The notes beneath the pieces are model-generated. The model did no database searches and had not been told where the DNA came from. It worked only from the letters and a program-made list of their open reading frames with translations. The translations under genes were made by a program, and so were the position numbers. From Eledone cirrhosa (lineage: Eukaryota), in contig OZ024750.1 in NCBI GenBank assembly GCA_964016885.1, positions 21,080,001 to 21,144,000 on the forward strand: 64,000 nt of DNA. The letters are read 5' to 3'. Positions 28,402-43,910 of the stretch are shown one piece after another (positions within the stretch are counted from its first letter, which is position 1; every line of letters starts with the position of its first letter).

Positions 28402-28803
28402 ATAGTTGGGGAGGGCCATATTTGTGTAATAATATTGTCAGAATTAATAACAGAACACACTATATATTTAATATATAAATGGCTTCTACGAGACTCGAAC
28501 TGTTTCATTCGGCAGCAAAGCCGACTGTCAATGTAATATGGTGGTATTTATACATTTTCTGGTTGTAGGAGAGGGTGGTGATTGGGATGGGTGGAGGTCA
28601 TTGGTTAATGAATGCAAAGAAAGGGGATTCCTTAAAAACTATATTTAGAGAAAACACATAGTGATACAAAGATTGAACTAAATTCACGCCAGGTACCTAT
28701 TAATATTAAATATTAAATATTTATACTCTGTGGTTACTTACTGTGGTTACCTCCGATTGAACCCGGGATAAACGTATCTGTATATATATATATATATATA
28801 TAT

Positions 28804-29151
<348 letters not shown>

Positions 29152-29727
29152 TTTTACATTCAGGCCCGCTCAAACAAATATTCCTTCCATTTATATGTTA
29201 TATACTACCAGAGATATACGGTGCTGCCAGGGTAATTCATGAAAGTATTAATATATTTGTGTACACATTACAAAATATATGTCAAAGAGAATATAATCTT
29301 TGTATATTCTTCTGTACATGGAGGCACTTTAAGTTAACATTGAACCTTGCTATATAAGATTTTTGCATCAAACACATTTGAGAATAAATGCCACATTCCA
29401 CTTGCTTTAGGCATATGCACAGTTATGAGTAGTTGTATATGTATAGATTAATGGATAGTCTTTCGTGTAGCACATCTAATTCAGATTTTTAATGGCTAGG
29501 AGTTCTTCTGGTAACCCCTCTACTTATCTTTCCCTCTCACTTGGTCTGTCTATCTCTCTTCTTCTCATTCGAACTCGCTCTTTCTGTATGTTTCCTTCTT
29601 TATATATTATAAATAATATTTCTCCTTCTCTCAATTGTGACCTCTTATATTCTATTCCATATCATATCTCTAAAACATTTCTTCTTACACTCTCCCTCTT
29701 CCTATCTCTCTCTCTCTCTCTCTCTTT

Positions 29728-29769
<42 letters not shown>

Positions 29770-30760
29770 TTATTTATTTCATTTTCTCTCATCTTCTGCC
29801 TCAGACTCTTTCTCTTCCTCCATGTGATTTCATATAGATCGATGTAAATACTGGAGAGAATTATATTGCGCCAGTGTGATCGCAGACCAGTTGAATGGCC
29901 GAAAACTATGAAAGATCGCATTCATATTTAGTGTTATTGTTCATTTGCTTTGTTGACTATATGTGTACTCTGCTAAATAAACTTTGATAATTTGAATGTG
30001 ACTTTAAAATAAAGTAAATGTACATCTTTTAATCTATATGACTATAGAGTATCTATGAGCAAGGCGAACTCGTTCCTATCCATCTGGTCGCGGGCTGTGA
30101 CAATCTGTTCAGCATATGGCATTGTGGAAAGTGAACATAAAATTATGCTGATAATCTTTATATTATGTGTGTGAACGCGGATGTGAAATATCGGATATGC
30201 ATCACATCTTCGCACATCGTGTAGTTACATATATAGGTGCATATATATAAAAATCTTCGGTCATACTTTGACACCAATCTAAGATCAAATGAAAACGTTT
30301 TATGATACAAACTATCAACTATATTACATACAGCTTATTTCAAGCAACCCAAAGGTGTGAAAAGAAAGATCCTAAAAAAAAAGATCAATTTTTGTCGATT
30401 TAAAAAAAAACTTCAACATCATCACGAATGTATGGTAATGAAAAACACCTGTGCTTATGGAAAACTAAAACAGCGAGCGAATGCACTCTCTTTTTGTTTC
30501 CATTCACCTTTTGCATACAAACACATGCAAATGCTAACGCAAACGTTCACACACACACACAAACATTCATATACACACAAAACATTCACACACGCACAGA
30601 CACACTGACACGCACACATACACAGATGAAGGACAAATGTCCAAAATATTAAGACTCTTTTCCTACTATATCAAGCGTTAAACTAGGATATTCCTAAATT
30701 GCACTGTGTTGTTTGCATTGTTATTTCTGTTTAATTGTTCCAAACACACGCATATGTATA

Positions 30761-30879
<119 letters not shown>

Positions 30880-31320
30880 AAATCATTCTCAATATTAAAT
30901 ACACATTTATTTACATAATATACCCATTTATTTATTTATTTATTTATCTACTTAAAACAGAACAAACACATCCCTCGTAACTCATATTATAAACAAATTA
31001 TAAACAACTAATAATTGTAAATTATCCTTTTAATATAAATACACATACTATTAAAATATATACTTACATATATGCATAGATAGCTGTTCGAATATATTTC
31101 CCTCAAATTAACGTTATATGAACTTCATTTAACATTCCTTTTTTCATTCTTCTCTCTCTCTCTCTTACTATGTTTTCCTTCTTCTCTTCTCTCTCTCTTA
31201 CTATTATATATTATATATCTAAACTCTCCATAGTCGTTTAAATTAACGGTTGTCTTTCAATTATTTACATATTCATTTGCATATTCAGCCATAAGTTTGG
31301 TATGTTAAGGTATGAAACTT

Positions 31321-31432
31321 TGTACTTTATCTAAAGAAAGCATACCAAAGAGTTTTGGTGCTCTTGAAATATATATAATAAAATAAATATGGTTTTATAA
31401 ATATAGTTTTCCATTTATTTGATATCATTTTA
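31321..31432 (+). mobile_element. Family C element with mutated hammerhead core
   Basis: TTTAT-CTAAAGA-AAGCATACCAAAG..TTTTGGTGCTCTT-GAAA-TATATA-TA-ATAAA. The core G5 is changed to A. Confidence 0.65.
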
Positions 31433-31601
31433 TATATATATATATATATATATTATAAAGAGTCAGGACTCTTTATAATATAACGATACTCTACTACCCG
31501 AAATATCAAGTATTCTTGTGAGTAATGGTTTAACCAGTTTCAAACTAAATTCAGCCTGATCTATCCATCTATATATATTTATATATATATTTATATCTAT
31601 A

Positions 31602-31650
<49 letters not shown>

Positions 31651-31742
31651 CATTTCCACGCATAAACACACACAATCACGCACACGCACACATACTCACA
31701 CATACATACACACACACACGCGCAAGCATATACAGTTATATA

Positions 31743-31865
<123 letters not shown>

Positions 31866-32247
31866 GAAACAAGGGGCTGTGTGGTTACTTGATAAAGTGT
31901 ATTTAGAAATAAAAGGAAAGCACAAACGGGAGACAGTTCCTTCTTCAGTTGTCTGCTGGAGGTCATGAACATTTCAACGCATTAAAGACATATCTATATG
32001 TGTGTGTGTGTATGTTTGTGAATGTGTGTGTGTTGACTCAATGTTATCATGTTATTCTTTTGTTTTTGTTATTGCTGTTATAATCAATTGCGTCATAGTT
32101 GTTGTTTAGACATATAACAATATCATTTATTTTCCTTCCGTTTTCAATTTGATGTGGTTTCCAAGGAATAGAATTACAAATTGTATGACCCCATATAGCA
32201 TTTTTCGTTGCTCCATATCTATTGTGTGTTGTGCTATTTTATCCAAA

Positions 32248-32271
32248 AGTAGTAGTAGTAGTAGTAGTAGT

Positions 32272-32360
<89 letters not shown>

Positions 32361-32385
32361 CAGCAGCAGCAGCACCACCACCACA
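32248..32385. repeat. (AGT)n/(AGC)n trinucleotide repeat
   Basis: Direct inspection. It explains the poly-S/V/L ORFs. Confidence 0.97.
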
Positions 32386-33174
32386 ACCAGCGGCAATAAT
32401 AGCATAAATAGTTGTCTTCTAATTAATAAGTACACATTCTTGTATACTGACCGTAATAATTAGTTCGGCTTCACGAGAAATTATCGGCATTTCGTACAAC
32501 GAATCATTTTGTTTTCATGTTCGCTACACAGTAAATATTTAACGTTCTCTACTGATAAACAAAGTATGCATGATCAATAATGTAATGTGCATAATATGAT
32601 TTTTAACTGAAAAATCATTAATTTGTAGTTTGACTTCGTATAGAATATATATACAGAGATTATTACTATATTGTATGTATAACGCTTTTATAATGCTATT
32701 TCGTGACGAATTATAAATAGTGTCATATTTAATGCATAGATAATGGATTTTAAAATACATTCTCTGAAATTAAATTCTAATATATTAAATCCTTTCTTGA
32801 AAAAAGAAACATAAACGTTGCGTATAGGATTTATATTAGTCATATTCTCCCAAAACAGCCGTTTCCCCTTCTAATGATTGATTTTTCCCTTTTGTGCTCC
32901 TATACTTCGTCTTTATGAGAATTATTTCCTTTATATATCTTTCCCAGCAATTATCTCTTTCACTGACACCTGTCATTGAGAACTCTAATAATTTATCTTG
33001 GAATTCTATAGCTTTTTTCGGGTGATAGAAATGATATTGTATTCACTGAGGAGTGGCAGAAACACGTACATTAGTCAGACCTATAATCCACTCATCCAAT
33101 ATGATTAATGCATAATAAATTGTAATGCAAACACGAATTTGATCAGTTTCAAAGGGCGTATTTCAAAAATACAG

Positions 33175-33231
<57 letters not shown>

Positions 33232-33237
<6 letters not shown>

Positions 33238-33300
33238 ATCAAAGTTCTTTCGGCACACATCTGTGACATCATCCGTGGTACTATTATGTTTCCTCCCGTT
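33232..33300 (-). mobile_element. Family F element copy
   Basis: TAGTCTATCAAAGTTCTTTCG is identical to 5423-5443 and directly follows (TA)n. Confidence 0.65.
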
Positions 33301-33663
33301 GTATTGTAATGTCTACGTCATTTTTATTTAATTTATAAATTAAATAAAGATGCCGTAGACATAACGATGCAACGGGAGGAACCATATATATATATATATG
33401 TGTATTTGGTCGCGCGCGTACGCATGCATTAAATAATAATTTATTATTCGGGGAATGATTTCTGATAATACCAATAATTTGGGGGAGACGAAAGTCAATT
33501 AAATCCAATCCAGTTCGTTACTTGTACTATATGTTATCCACAAATGGGAAAGGTAACCTTGGCCAGATTTGAACTCAGACCTTGGATTGCAGTAACAATA
33601 TGCCGCAAAGCAGTTTGTCCGACGCTCTACTGATAGCGTCAATCCATCAGGTGTGCTTTACTA

Positions 33664-33882
33664 ATGTTTTCTAGTATAGGCCCAAGGCCAGTAATTTGGA
33701 AGGGGCAGGAGACAGTCGATTAAATCGACCCCAGTACATAACTGGTACTTTACTTTATCGACACCGTAAGGATGAAAGAAGGCAAAGGTAACCTCGGTGG
33801 GATTTGAACTCAGATCATAAAGAGCCGTAACTCTATGCTGCATAGCATGGCGTCCGACTCTCTATCGATACTGCCAATCCAC
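33664..33882 (-). mobile_element. SINE main family, long variant (older diverged copy adjacent at about 33470-33650)
   Basis: Reverse complement match. Confidence 0.88.
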
Positions 33883-34049
33883 CAATACTTACTGCTACGT
33901 TGATGAATCTCCGCTGTGTGATAAGCTTGCAGAATACATCAGTCGCTGTCAGTTTTTGTGGTGCTGCACTACTTACACTTCATACCTTCATTTTGCCTGA
34001 GACTGCCAAGAAGATTACCGTCTAATTCATCTCTGTGTATTGAGATGAG

Positions 34050-34665
34050 TATGTAAGGGTACGACCGTTGAATTGACACTTTTGCCAGTGTAAGCTTCTA
34101 ATGTCAACAAACCAAAAAATCACGTCACGTGCGGAGCAAAATCACGTTAATGCTGAGTGTGTTTTCGACTGCCGAGGGACTGTGTATCATGAATACGGAC
34201 TAGAGGGAAAACGTTACAAATAAGCCTTATAAGCATGTCCACCGGTGTCTTTGTGGTGCAGTTTTGCGTAGAAGACCAAATGTGTGTACATAGCAACTGT
34301 CGTAGCTCTATCATGACCTTACCAAAATTTACTCATCACACATAATCCAAGTTTGCTTGGAAATGAATGGCATTTCGCTCATTCGCCAAGTCTCCTACGC
34401 TACAAACACGATTCAACCACACTTGTTTACTTAAAGTAAAATGTGTGTGATAGGCTCCTTCCTTGGGACCCGAGAGGACATTAAAATGATTCCGATGATA
34501 CAGCTGAAAGCCATTTGTGAAATGGCATTCCTGTCTATTTCAAACAGATCGCTGGGTTATATTTGTGGGGACACGGATGATTTTGAAGTAGGTTAGCAAA
34601 TGAAGTCTAAAAATTACGTAATGTTTTCCCGCTTAAATTCCAATATTGTTTCGACAGACCTTTTA
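34050..34665 (+). pseudogene. Decayed mariner transposase, 3' part
   Basis: Degenerate motifs SK..VMLSV-FDCRGTVYHEY..EG; L.GAVLRRRP; LYHD (HDNA-like); NGISLIRQVSY (PPYSPD-like). The right end is TIR-like: TTGTTTCGACAGACCTTTTA. Confidence 0.6.
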
Positions 34666-35859
34666 AATTTAAATGTTTAAAGTGAAGTAGATTAACATTC
34701 ATTTTTATTTAATTTAGTGCCTATAATATTATGTTTAATGCCTATAATAATATGTTTAGATCGTTGGCCTTTTATAGGCAAAATAAATATTTTGATGTTC
34801 ATGATTTTCTTTTACACTGTGCTGTTAGGGTTACGGATTTATTAGAATACTGACTAGTTAATCTGTTATTCGCTTTGGGTTGTTACTTGAATGTTAGCAT
34901 ACTGGATTGTGTGTTAGTAACTGATCAACTGGAAGCTTTTCTTTTACACACTATAGCTCTCTAAATATTTGTATTGAATGAACGCTAGTTCTAAAAGTAA
35001 TGAATAATTGCAATATTCGGTTAAATTTCTTTGATTATTGTTGCTATTCCTCGAGGTCTTCTGTCACTAAATTTGTTTTGTGACTTCACCATCTCTCATG
35101 TGGGAACATTATACGCATAATAAAAGTTACTTCATGTGGGAATCTTCAGGGAATTAATTTTTGTAGTTCAATCATTTATCTTTATATGATCTCTCGCAAT
35201 TACTTCTATAGATACGTTTTATTTTATACTTAATCTCATGAGAATTCGTGTTAGTATTACTTGGTGAATGATCGTGCGATGAATGACAACGTTACTAAAG
35301 AACTGACATTGCAAGCAATTGGTTTTGAGTTCAATCCCAGTAAGTGGCACGTTATGCAACTGAGTTTTATTATATCATCAGACTGAACAATGCCTTCTAA
35401 AAAATGGGTTAGGTAGAAACTATGTGAAAGATCATTGTATATGTCTGAATGTATAAATATCATTTTAAAAGGGGACCCAATAGACATAGGGACGTGTGTA
35501 TATGTGGGTGAGTGCGTACATTTGATATATATTTATCTAGTTATGAACAGCATTGATTGCGTTTATGTCTTTGATTATGTCTCGTGAGGCAGGGCTTTTG
35601 TCAAAGCATCACCAGCCTTTCAAAAACAATGTAAATAAGTACATGGGTCCATATGCCCTTTAATATTTTGCCCTAGTAAAAGAGTACGAGTAAGAATTTG
35701 TTTAGTTGTTTAAATAAAGTATATCAGGAGACTATTAGAGTTGTAGTCCCAGAAGCAGTAGATCATCCAGATTCATGTCAGTGTAAGTTTAGCTTCGTAA
35801 TATGTAACTCCTTGCCTGCCGACGTGGATTAAAAATTGTATGGCTCCATGATTAACCAA

Positions 35860-35863
35860 GTAG

Positions 35864-35913
<50 letters not shown>

Positions 35914-35960
35914 TTAACAACAACAACAGCAACAGCAACAACAACAACAATAATAATAAT
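35860..35960. repeat. (ACT)n-(AAC)n-(AAT)n compound repeat
   Basis: Direct inspection. It lies at a SINE tail. Confidence 0.95.
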
Positions 35961-35961
35961 G

Positions 35962-36176
35962 AGTTCTTATATAGGCACAAGGCCAGCAATTTTGGGGGAG
36001 GGGAAAGTCGATTAAATCGACCCCAGTGCATGACTGGTACTTTAATGTTATCGACCTCGTAAGGATGAGAGGCAAAGTTAACCTCGGCGGGATTTGAACT
36101 CAGACCGTAAAGAGACATAACTCTGTGCTGGAAAGTATGGCGTCCGAACCTCTACAGATACTGTGAATCCACCGCT
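35962..36176 (-). mobile_element. SINE main family, long variant
   Basis: Reverse complement match. Confidence 0.88.
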
Positions 36177-36347
36177 GCAAAGTTATATTTAATGGCCACA
36201 AACACGTCTCGTATGAATGTGAATCGAAATTCCGAACCATTTGATCATATTGTTTCCAACCGAAACAGGAATTACAACTAGACACCCAGCTAATATAGTA
36301 GTAATAATAATAGTAATAATAATAATTCTACTAGTAATACTGCTACT

Positions 36348-36808
36348 AATAATTGTTTCTACTTTTTGGCACAAGGCCAGCAATTACCCAATGCATTACT
36401 GGTACTTTATTTTATCGACCCCGTGAGGATGAAAGGCAAATTCAACCTCGGCCGGATTTGAACTCAGATCGTAAAGGGACGTAACTATGCTGGAAAGCAT
36501 GGTGTCTGACCCTCTACCGATACCCGCCAATCCACCGCCCTTACTGCTACTAATAATGCTTTCTTTATTATAACAATAATAATTGTTTCTACTTTAGGCA
36601 CAAGGCCAGCAATTCACCAGTGCATTACTGGTATTTTATTTTATCGACCCCGTGAGGATGAAAGGCAAAGTCAACCTCCGCGGGATTTGAACTCAGATCG
36701 TAAAGGGACGTAACTATGCTGGAAAGCATGGCGTCCGACCCTCTACCGATACTGCCAATCCACCGTCCTTACTGCTACTAATAATGCTTTCTTTATTATA
36801 ACAATAAT
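36348..36808 (-). mobile_element. Tandem pair of SINE plus ~40-bp flank (two ~230-bp units)
   Basis: Both SINEs are followed on the plus strand by TTACTGCTACTAATAATGCTTTCTTTATTATAACAATAATAAT. Confidence 0.9.
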
Positions 36809-36983
36809 AATGATGAAACTGCCATTATTATCGACATTACTGTCTATCGTTGATCGGCGTGTGATGGAATTCAATAACAAATTAGTCATAGGCAGTCAAA
36901 CAATGTCGAACAACATGATCAGACTCTGCAACGGCAAATACATATTTTACAGTAAAATGGAGTTAATTATGGAGCACACACAG

Positions 36984-37024
<41 letters not shown>

Positions 37025-37110
37025 CATATATATAGAGAGAGAGAGATAGAGAGATAGAGAGATAGATAGATATTATTACTATATTTGTGTATGTATATAT
37101 ATATATATAT

Positions 37111-37265
37111 AACGAAGGAAATCTGGTAAGGAAACAGGTGGACCATAACGCACCAAAGTACTCAATACTTGGGGTAGTAGAGTGGCTAATAGGAACCAGT
37201 AAGACCCCGACGGCTTAGCTCAAGCCGTTTCGACGGCTTGAGCTCAGCCGTCGGGGTCTTACTGG

Positions 37266-37268
<3 letters not shown>
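37111..37268. mobile_element. Family B element with minimal fold-back
   Basis: The inversion occurs inside GCCGTTTCGACGGC. The right arm ends at CTGGTTC, followed by (TA)n. Confidence 0.8.
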
Positions 37269-37340
<72 letters not shown>

Positions 37341-37602
37341 ATTATATATATATATTATATATATATATTATATATATATTATATATATATATTATATATA
37401 TATATATTATATATATATTATATATATATATTATATATATATTATATATATATATAATATATATAAGAAATATCTATTTGGTTGTCGAGACCTTGTTGAC
37501 GCTAAGGTGGTAATTTAGTTTCATATTTGTATGGATATGCATACATGTGTATAAATATGTATTTAAACATGCGCATTCACACACACATATACTCAAACAC
37601 AC

Positions 37603-37658
<56 letters not shown>

Positions 37659-37834
37659 CTATGTGTGATCTATAGGTACATATATAGACATACAGATAGA
37701 TAGATAGAAAGATAGATAAATAGATATATTTCCTTAGTAGGCACAGGGGCACAAAAGAAAGGGACAAATACAAAGGGGGAAGTTTACATACAATAAAGAT
37801 AGATAGAAATATACATATATAAATAGACAGAATA

Positions 37835-37916
<82 letters not shown>
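37835..37916. repeat. (GATA)n repeat
   Basis: Direct inspection. Confidence 0.97.
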
Positions 37917-37917
<1 letters not shown>

Positions 37918-38546
37918 TATAGATATCTGTATGCGGTTGATGGCTGAGAGAACTATAACGGATGTGAAACTATACCGGAACAACATTATTATTACAGCAA
38001 TAGGGAAACATAGATATGTTTAAATCAAGGGGAAGAATGTGATAATGTTAAATATAGGCTTGAAAAAAATATACTGCAATATTCAAAGTAAACCCAATCA
38101 GTGGAGGAACATTCTTCAAATTCCTATCAATCTATAATTATTTTCACATCGAAATCAGTTACATTCATGTGCATCTATAAAACAACATTTATATATACAT
38201 GTTTACATGTAACGCTTAGCATACACATATATATTTTATTATAATGTTATATTTTATGGATGTGTATGCTGGTTGTTGTAGTTATAATTTTATTTTTCTC
38301 TATTGTAATAAAATTTGCAATGCATTATAATCTCTAATTCAAAAATGTATACTGATTTATATCCATGCGCATGTGTGTGCGGGTTTGAATGTTTATACGT
38401 AAATATGTCTACGTTTATGTATGTATAGGTGTATCGATGTAAACAACACATACTTAATGCGTTTGTATACTCGTACACACATACACATATATATATATTT
38501 ATATATATATACATATATATATATACATATATATATATGTATAGAT

Positions 38547-38650
<104 letters not shown>

Positions 38651-39600
38651 ATGTATCTGCATATCTGTAGGTAAAAAGAGACAGACAAGAATACAGATTT
38701 AACCGTAAATTATTGATAAGGCAAATATTTTCCCACTTTTCACTGTATGTGAGATAAACTAAAATTATACGTTAAACCATGTCATTTAACGTGATTAACA
38801 TAAATAAACGACAGTAGGGTGATAAACGACATCTAGTAGCTTTTAGCAAACCTTGACATCACCAGACAATCAATACTTTAATCGCACTGGATCACTTTAG
38901 TCACGTACAATTTTCTCCCTAAGCTAATACTTATCTACAGACTGTGGTGATTTATTATAAACAGACCTGATCGAAATTCTCTTTCAAATTTTGGAGGAAC
39001 AATACATTTATAAAATATATTATAAAATGTATTCAATTTTTGCGAAGATGAATAACGTATTCACCCTTCCTGTCTCGTGTATTGTATAAGGCGCCGATTA
39101 ATTCTCACCAAACGTACACATTTTGTTCCGTGTCTATTAAATCATAGCTTTTGAAGAAAAAATGTAATACTTAAAACTATGTGTCAGGAGCATAAGGACG
39201 TGGCTTCCATTACAATAATATATTATTTCATGTGGCGCCTCCCACCAAAAAATGCGACCGATAGATATGTATACTTTCAACAATGGATAAACGAATGAAA
39301 ACACTGTTTTGGGGCAGTGATCTAGCGATATTTTCTTTCGTTTCTTTATTACACCATTGCCACACTTACCTTTTAATCTTGTTGCATCATTCTTAGATTT
39401 TTGTAATCTCACTTTCTTAAGTTTCCATTTCAGCAAGAGATATGCACTATCCATCCACCCTCGCAATAACCTTGTCAATTTCTGTTATTTTTGCCAGCTC
39501 ACTCTTTCACCCATTTATCATTATCACCACCTAATACGTAATATTTTACGTAAAGTTTACTATTGAAAATCTGAATTTTAAAGAAGGGAATATGCCATAA

Positions 39601-39767
39601 AATAATTGTTTCTACTTTGGCACAAGGCCACAATTACCCAGTGCATTACTGGTACTTTATTTAATCGACCCCGTAAGGATGAAAGGCAAAGTTAACCTCG
39701 GCGGGATTTGAACTCAGAATGACAAGGTCCGTAACACTATGCGTCAAAGCATGTCATCTGACCCTCT
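39601..39767 (-). mobile_element. SINE main family
   Basis: Reverse complement match. Confidence 0.88.
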
Positions 39768-39789
39768 AAAATAATACGGATCTTAGCAA

Positions 39790-40560
39790 GGTTAAACCAA
39801 TTGTAAACTAGGGTTTGTTGAGAGACATTTGGAAATCAGATTCCTGTTCTGCATTTGTATTTATTATCACAGACTCCAAATTAAGGTACCATTAAACTGG
39901 AATTAGAATATCTATCTACGTGCAGTAACCAGTTGTCGTCATTGTTTCTCCTAGTCTTCAATTAGATAGATCGCTAATGCCTTCACCAGTGTTGTCTTCG
40001 AAGAACTAACATTGATATCAGTTCTCATCAAACTATCTGACTTGCATTGCATTTGTTCTTGTAACCATCACCGTGTCTTCATCAAAATCTCGATGTACTA
40101 TTATTTTATCATCAGTGCAATGTTATCTACCACATACTCAATCCCAATATAGATAATAGGGGAGACAAAATGCTTCCATGAATCACATATTGATGAATCT
40201 GAAAATGTAATACAAGGGTCCTCTTGTATATTTGGAATGATGTCAGCATATCTTTGAAGCCCGCCATATCTCTCTATGAATATAGCATCCGTATCGTGAT
40301 ATACTCGAAGAAGGCTTCTGGAAATCAATATAACATATAGTTTAATTACATCCTTATTTCAGTGTGCTTACAACGTCGCTTAATTGCATTTATAGAGCAG
40401 AGAAAATTCCCGAATATCCAAAGAAACATTCTATAATTGGAATGCATAAGGAAGAGTTGTATGAACGGGAGAATTGATGAAGCCTTAATGTGTAACGTAA
40501 GGTCATAAATGTATTTGGCTGCAGAGTATGGTTGATTAAAATTGAGCTCAGTATTGACAA
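39790..40560 (-). pseudogene. Probable highly decayed non-LTR (RTE-like) reverse transcriptase remnant
   Basis: Ordered minus-strand fragments LSPLL/..IGIEYVV, HRDFDEDTVMV (DLDFADDI-like) and INVSSSKT (IN.KKTK-like). Many disruptions. Confidence 0.35.
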
Positions 40561-42449
40561 ATTTCTTAGGGATTGGCAAACCAGTTTTAAAAGTTAAAGA
40601 TAATGGATAGTCTTTACAATGATACAATGATTCTTAATATTTGTTCCCACTCTGCGGCGTGAGTTCAACTGCCCACGAGAATAATTTGGTCTTTCATACA
40701 TGCAAAATTGAGAAAACATAGCAGAATAGTGAGAAAGTCGGACGGAATTTTTTACCATATCTGTTCTGGTTTTCTAAAATCTGAGGTCAAACATCGCTTC
40801 AGTTCACCGGATGCTTCTGACTAGATGTCGGACCACCACACGATATCTGCAATGGAAAGACCAATGAAAATGTCGTTATAGTACTCCTATCTGAGAGTTT
40901 CATCTCTTAGCCTACAACATATACGTATAGAAATATAAAATGTTATAAAATATATTTCACTATATTGGTCATTGATAGGAAGGGTGTGAAGATTTTATGA
41001 ATGCTATCCACATGTCCACGCAGAAGACGCTATGGTCTCATCTCGCTATGCTAATCCCTCCCTCATTTTTTGTACAAGAGGACCGTGCAATATTTAGGAA
41101 AACACTGAATGGCAAAATATGACGGGTGTGCTGTTTTTATGGTCATAAGGTTGTAGGTTCAGTTCCCAGGTCTGGTGATGATGTCTTCTTAAGCAAAACA
41201 GTTCCTTTCGAGTTGCTCTACAATACTCAGTGGTAATTGTGATTAATACTGAGATGGAGTAGCATTTTCTCTACGGTGATCTTGTAGTCTCAGCTGGTTA
41301 AGACTCATGAAAAGGTAAATATTTCAGGCCTCAACTCCAAGCATGGAAAAGACGTACGCGTAAACGATGATACTGAGACATGAGTCATTAAAGGCGTTTA
41401 TTAAAATAAATCTGGACGCTATTTTTAGGAGGGCAAACGACCACGTCTATTATGTTAGTTTATCTCTTAATCCATTCGTTTTCGAGATGGTTAGAAAAGA
41501 ACACTTACACTGGCTCATACTGCCTAATAGGTAGAAACAATTGTGTGTATCTTTAACCCTAACATCCTCTAGTAATTTACCAGAATACATTTTAAAACGT
41601 GGCTTATTAATTTAACATTTATAGTAACTTATATAGCACATACATCGCGTGCAAATGTCATAGTATTTCATAAGCTATATTAATTTTTAATGTAATGTTC
41701 ATATAATGTTTCTAAGTATTGCTCATGCAGTGAGGTTAAATACCTTCAACATCTTTAAATGGTTTAGAAGAAAATATGGAAAACCACGTTTGTTTATTCA
41801 AATGTTCACATTACCGTTACTAGAGGGCAGATCATTGTAGAAATTTAGACTATTAGAAGTAAGACGTTCACAGTTAATGTGATGTAGTTATAGTACAGCT
41901 TTGTACATTTCAAGAACTTTTTCCTAATGCGATACAGCATATGAGGAGTTACGAACAACATATTATTTCCTATACTTGTGGTAATAATAATTCTATATAA
42001 AGAACAAGATCTCCAATGACGTTTCTTTTTTCAATGGCAAACGTTGATTGATATCTATAACCTATTTGGCAGAGAAATGGTTATATGGTGTAAATAGCAG
42101 TACGTCCGTGTTGGAGGCCAGATATACATACATTGAGAATATACAAAATAAAAATCTATGTCACGGAATGATATTATAGAAAGAAAGTTTTGTAACCTCT
42201 AGAGTAATTTCGTTTCTAAAATTAATGATGTGAAATAATACGCCTGTGTATTTATCTCTATCTACTTGGCATCAATTAAATGTAACACAGTGTTTTTATT
42301 GTCCGAAATTCTAAACGATATTGCCTTTTTTTCCTGTGATATTCACGAACTGCAAGATTAATATCACATTCCGTTACTAACACTTTCTCTACTATTTTTC
42401 CCCTTCTTTCGACTAACGTGTATGGATAACACCATCTGTTCGCTTTTTA

Positions 42450-42506
<57 letters not shown>

Positions 42507-42539
42507 CATACATATAATATATGTATATATGTATATACA

Positions 42540-43140
42540 GGCGTTGTTTTAAGTATTTGGTGTGAACGAAAGCTAAAACTATTTCAGATTCTGAATCCAA
42601 AATATCACGCAATGCGATTCCATTTATACATATTTATTACGTTTATACAAGGTTACAGAGGCTAAATTGAAAATTACGTATGCATCCGCAATAAACATAC
42701 CAACTTTTATATCGTAAAAGTGACCTGAAGGTAGTTATGACTTCGTATCAACCCACGCTTGGTTTCCTGATAATTGATTCTTCCTGTAAAGCCAAGAATC
42801 CTGTCTCCAATATATGCCACTTATCCTGCAGATTTTATTGTGGTACAGGCGAGGACTTTAATTGGCATATTCTTCTGCTCTGTTACGGAATTCTTCGAAA
42901 TGTTATATGAGATAAGCGCTGAGAATTGAATATCGTGCTGTGACTTGGCTATTACGAGTAGCTTTCCAATAGACACAATGTAGAGGCAGACCTCTTGATA
43001 TATATTTTAGCTTAGTTTGGTATATATAGATCCTAGACATTCATAGAAACATGTGAAACCGGAAGAATGTTTGATTGTCCTTTGAAGAATTTCTGTTTGA
43101 ATTGGGTGGGCTGTTTTATGCATTCGTGATTTTATTTTTC
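42540..43140 (-). pseudogene. Possible decayed Penelope-like ORF 3' end (GIY-YIG-like)
   Basis: The minus strand gives CTTIK..VAYIGDR..FTGRINY at about 42760-42860, pointing toward a (TA)n tract. Confidence 0.3.
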
Positions 43141-43526
43141 AATCTTTCCTTCTCCACAATGTTATCATTTTATCACTGTCTAATTCAAAATATATATGGT
43201 TGATGGTGCAGGATAAATTGCTACTTTTGTTAAATAGCAACTTTATCGCAAATTATTTCTAGTTCCTTTTGCTCCATATGTAGCGTTACTCGACAAATGT
43301 TATCCAATCCACGCCCTGTTACGTGTCTGCTTGGTCTGTTCCACAGACGTCTTCAAATACTTGACAGATCTCGCTTCCCTCTTACTGAAATCATCCGATT
43401 ATATTTCAAATGCTCAGCAATTAAATATAACTATGAAAGCATTCAAACATGTATTGTACAATTCGCCGCATAATATCTTTAAAAAATATAGCCTTTTGAA
43501 ATATAACCTTATTGACTCACCTTTAT

Positions 43527-43558
<32 letters not shown>

Positions 43559-43858
43559 GTGGGTGTGGTGGGTGGCTGTGTTTGCGCGTGTGTATGTGGG
43601 GGGGGGGGGGGTTGTGCGTGTGTGTGTGTGTATAGTCCGGCAGTTACAAGAGCGGAAGATATCGTCTTGACGAGAACCAGTTGAGTTCAAAATGCATCGA
43701 GGATTGTCCCGCTTGCTTCTACCAGTGTGTTATTCATATGGCTTTCTAAATAGTTATTTATAAACATACCGTATTTCTTCAGAAGTATGAAATTCAAATA
43801 CATATTTGTATACAGCTATGTTCGAAGCTCAATTCCAAATATATACATATATATACAT

Positions 43859-43906
<48 letters not shown>

Positions 43907-43910
<4 letters not shown>

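Noticed and set aside
28485-28535. Minus-strand TCGGC..GCCGA-AT-GAAACAGTTC partial hammerhead
   Set aside because: The CUGANGA core is missing. Probably a decayed family E relative, so it was not called as a ribozyme.
31925-31960. Minus-strand GACAACTGAAGAAGGAAC core-like word
   Set aside because: No downstream GAAA or stem III. At most a truncated remnant.
32127-32463. Poly-Ser/Leu/Val ORFs
   Set aside because: Trinucleotide repeat with no domain or splice support.
33040-33075. CTGAGGA-GTGGCA-GAAACACGTA hammerhead-like words
   Set aside because: No convincing stem I or stem II.
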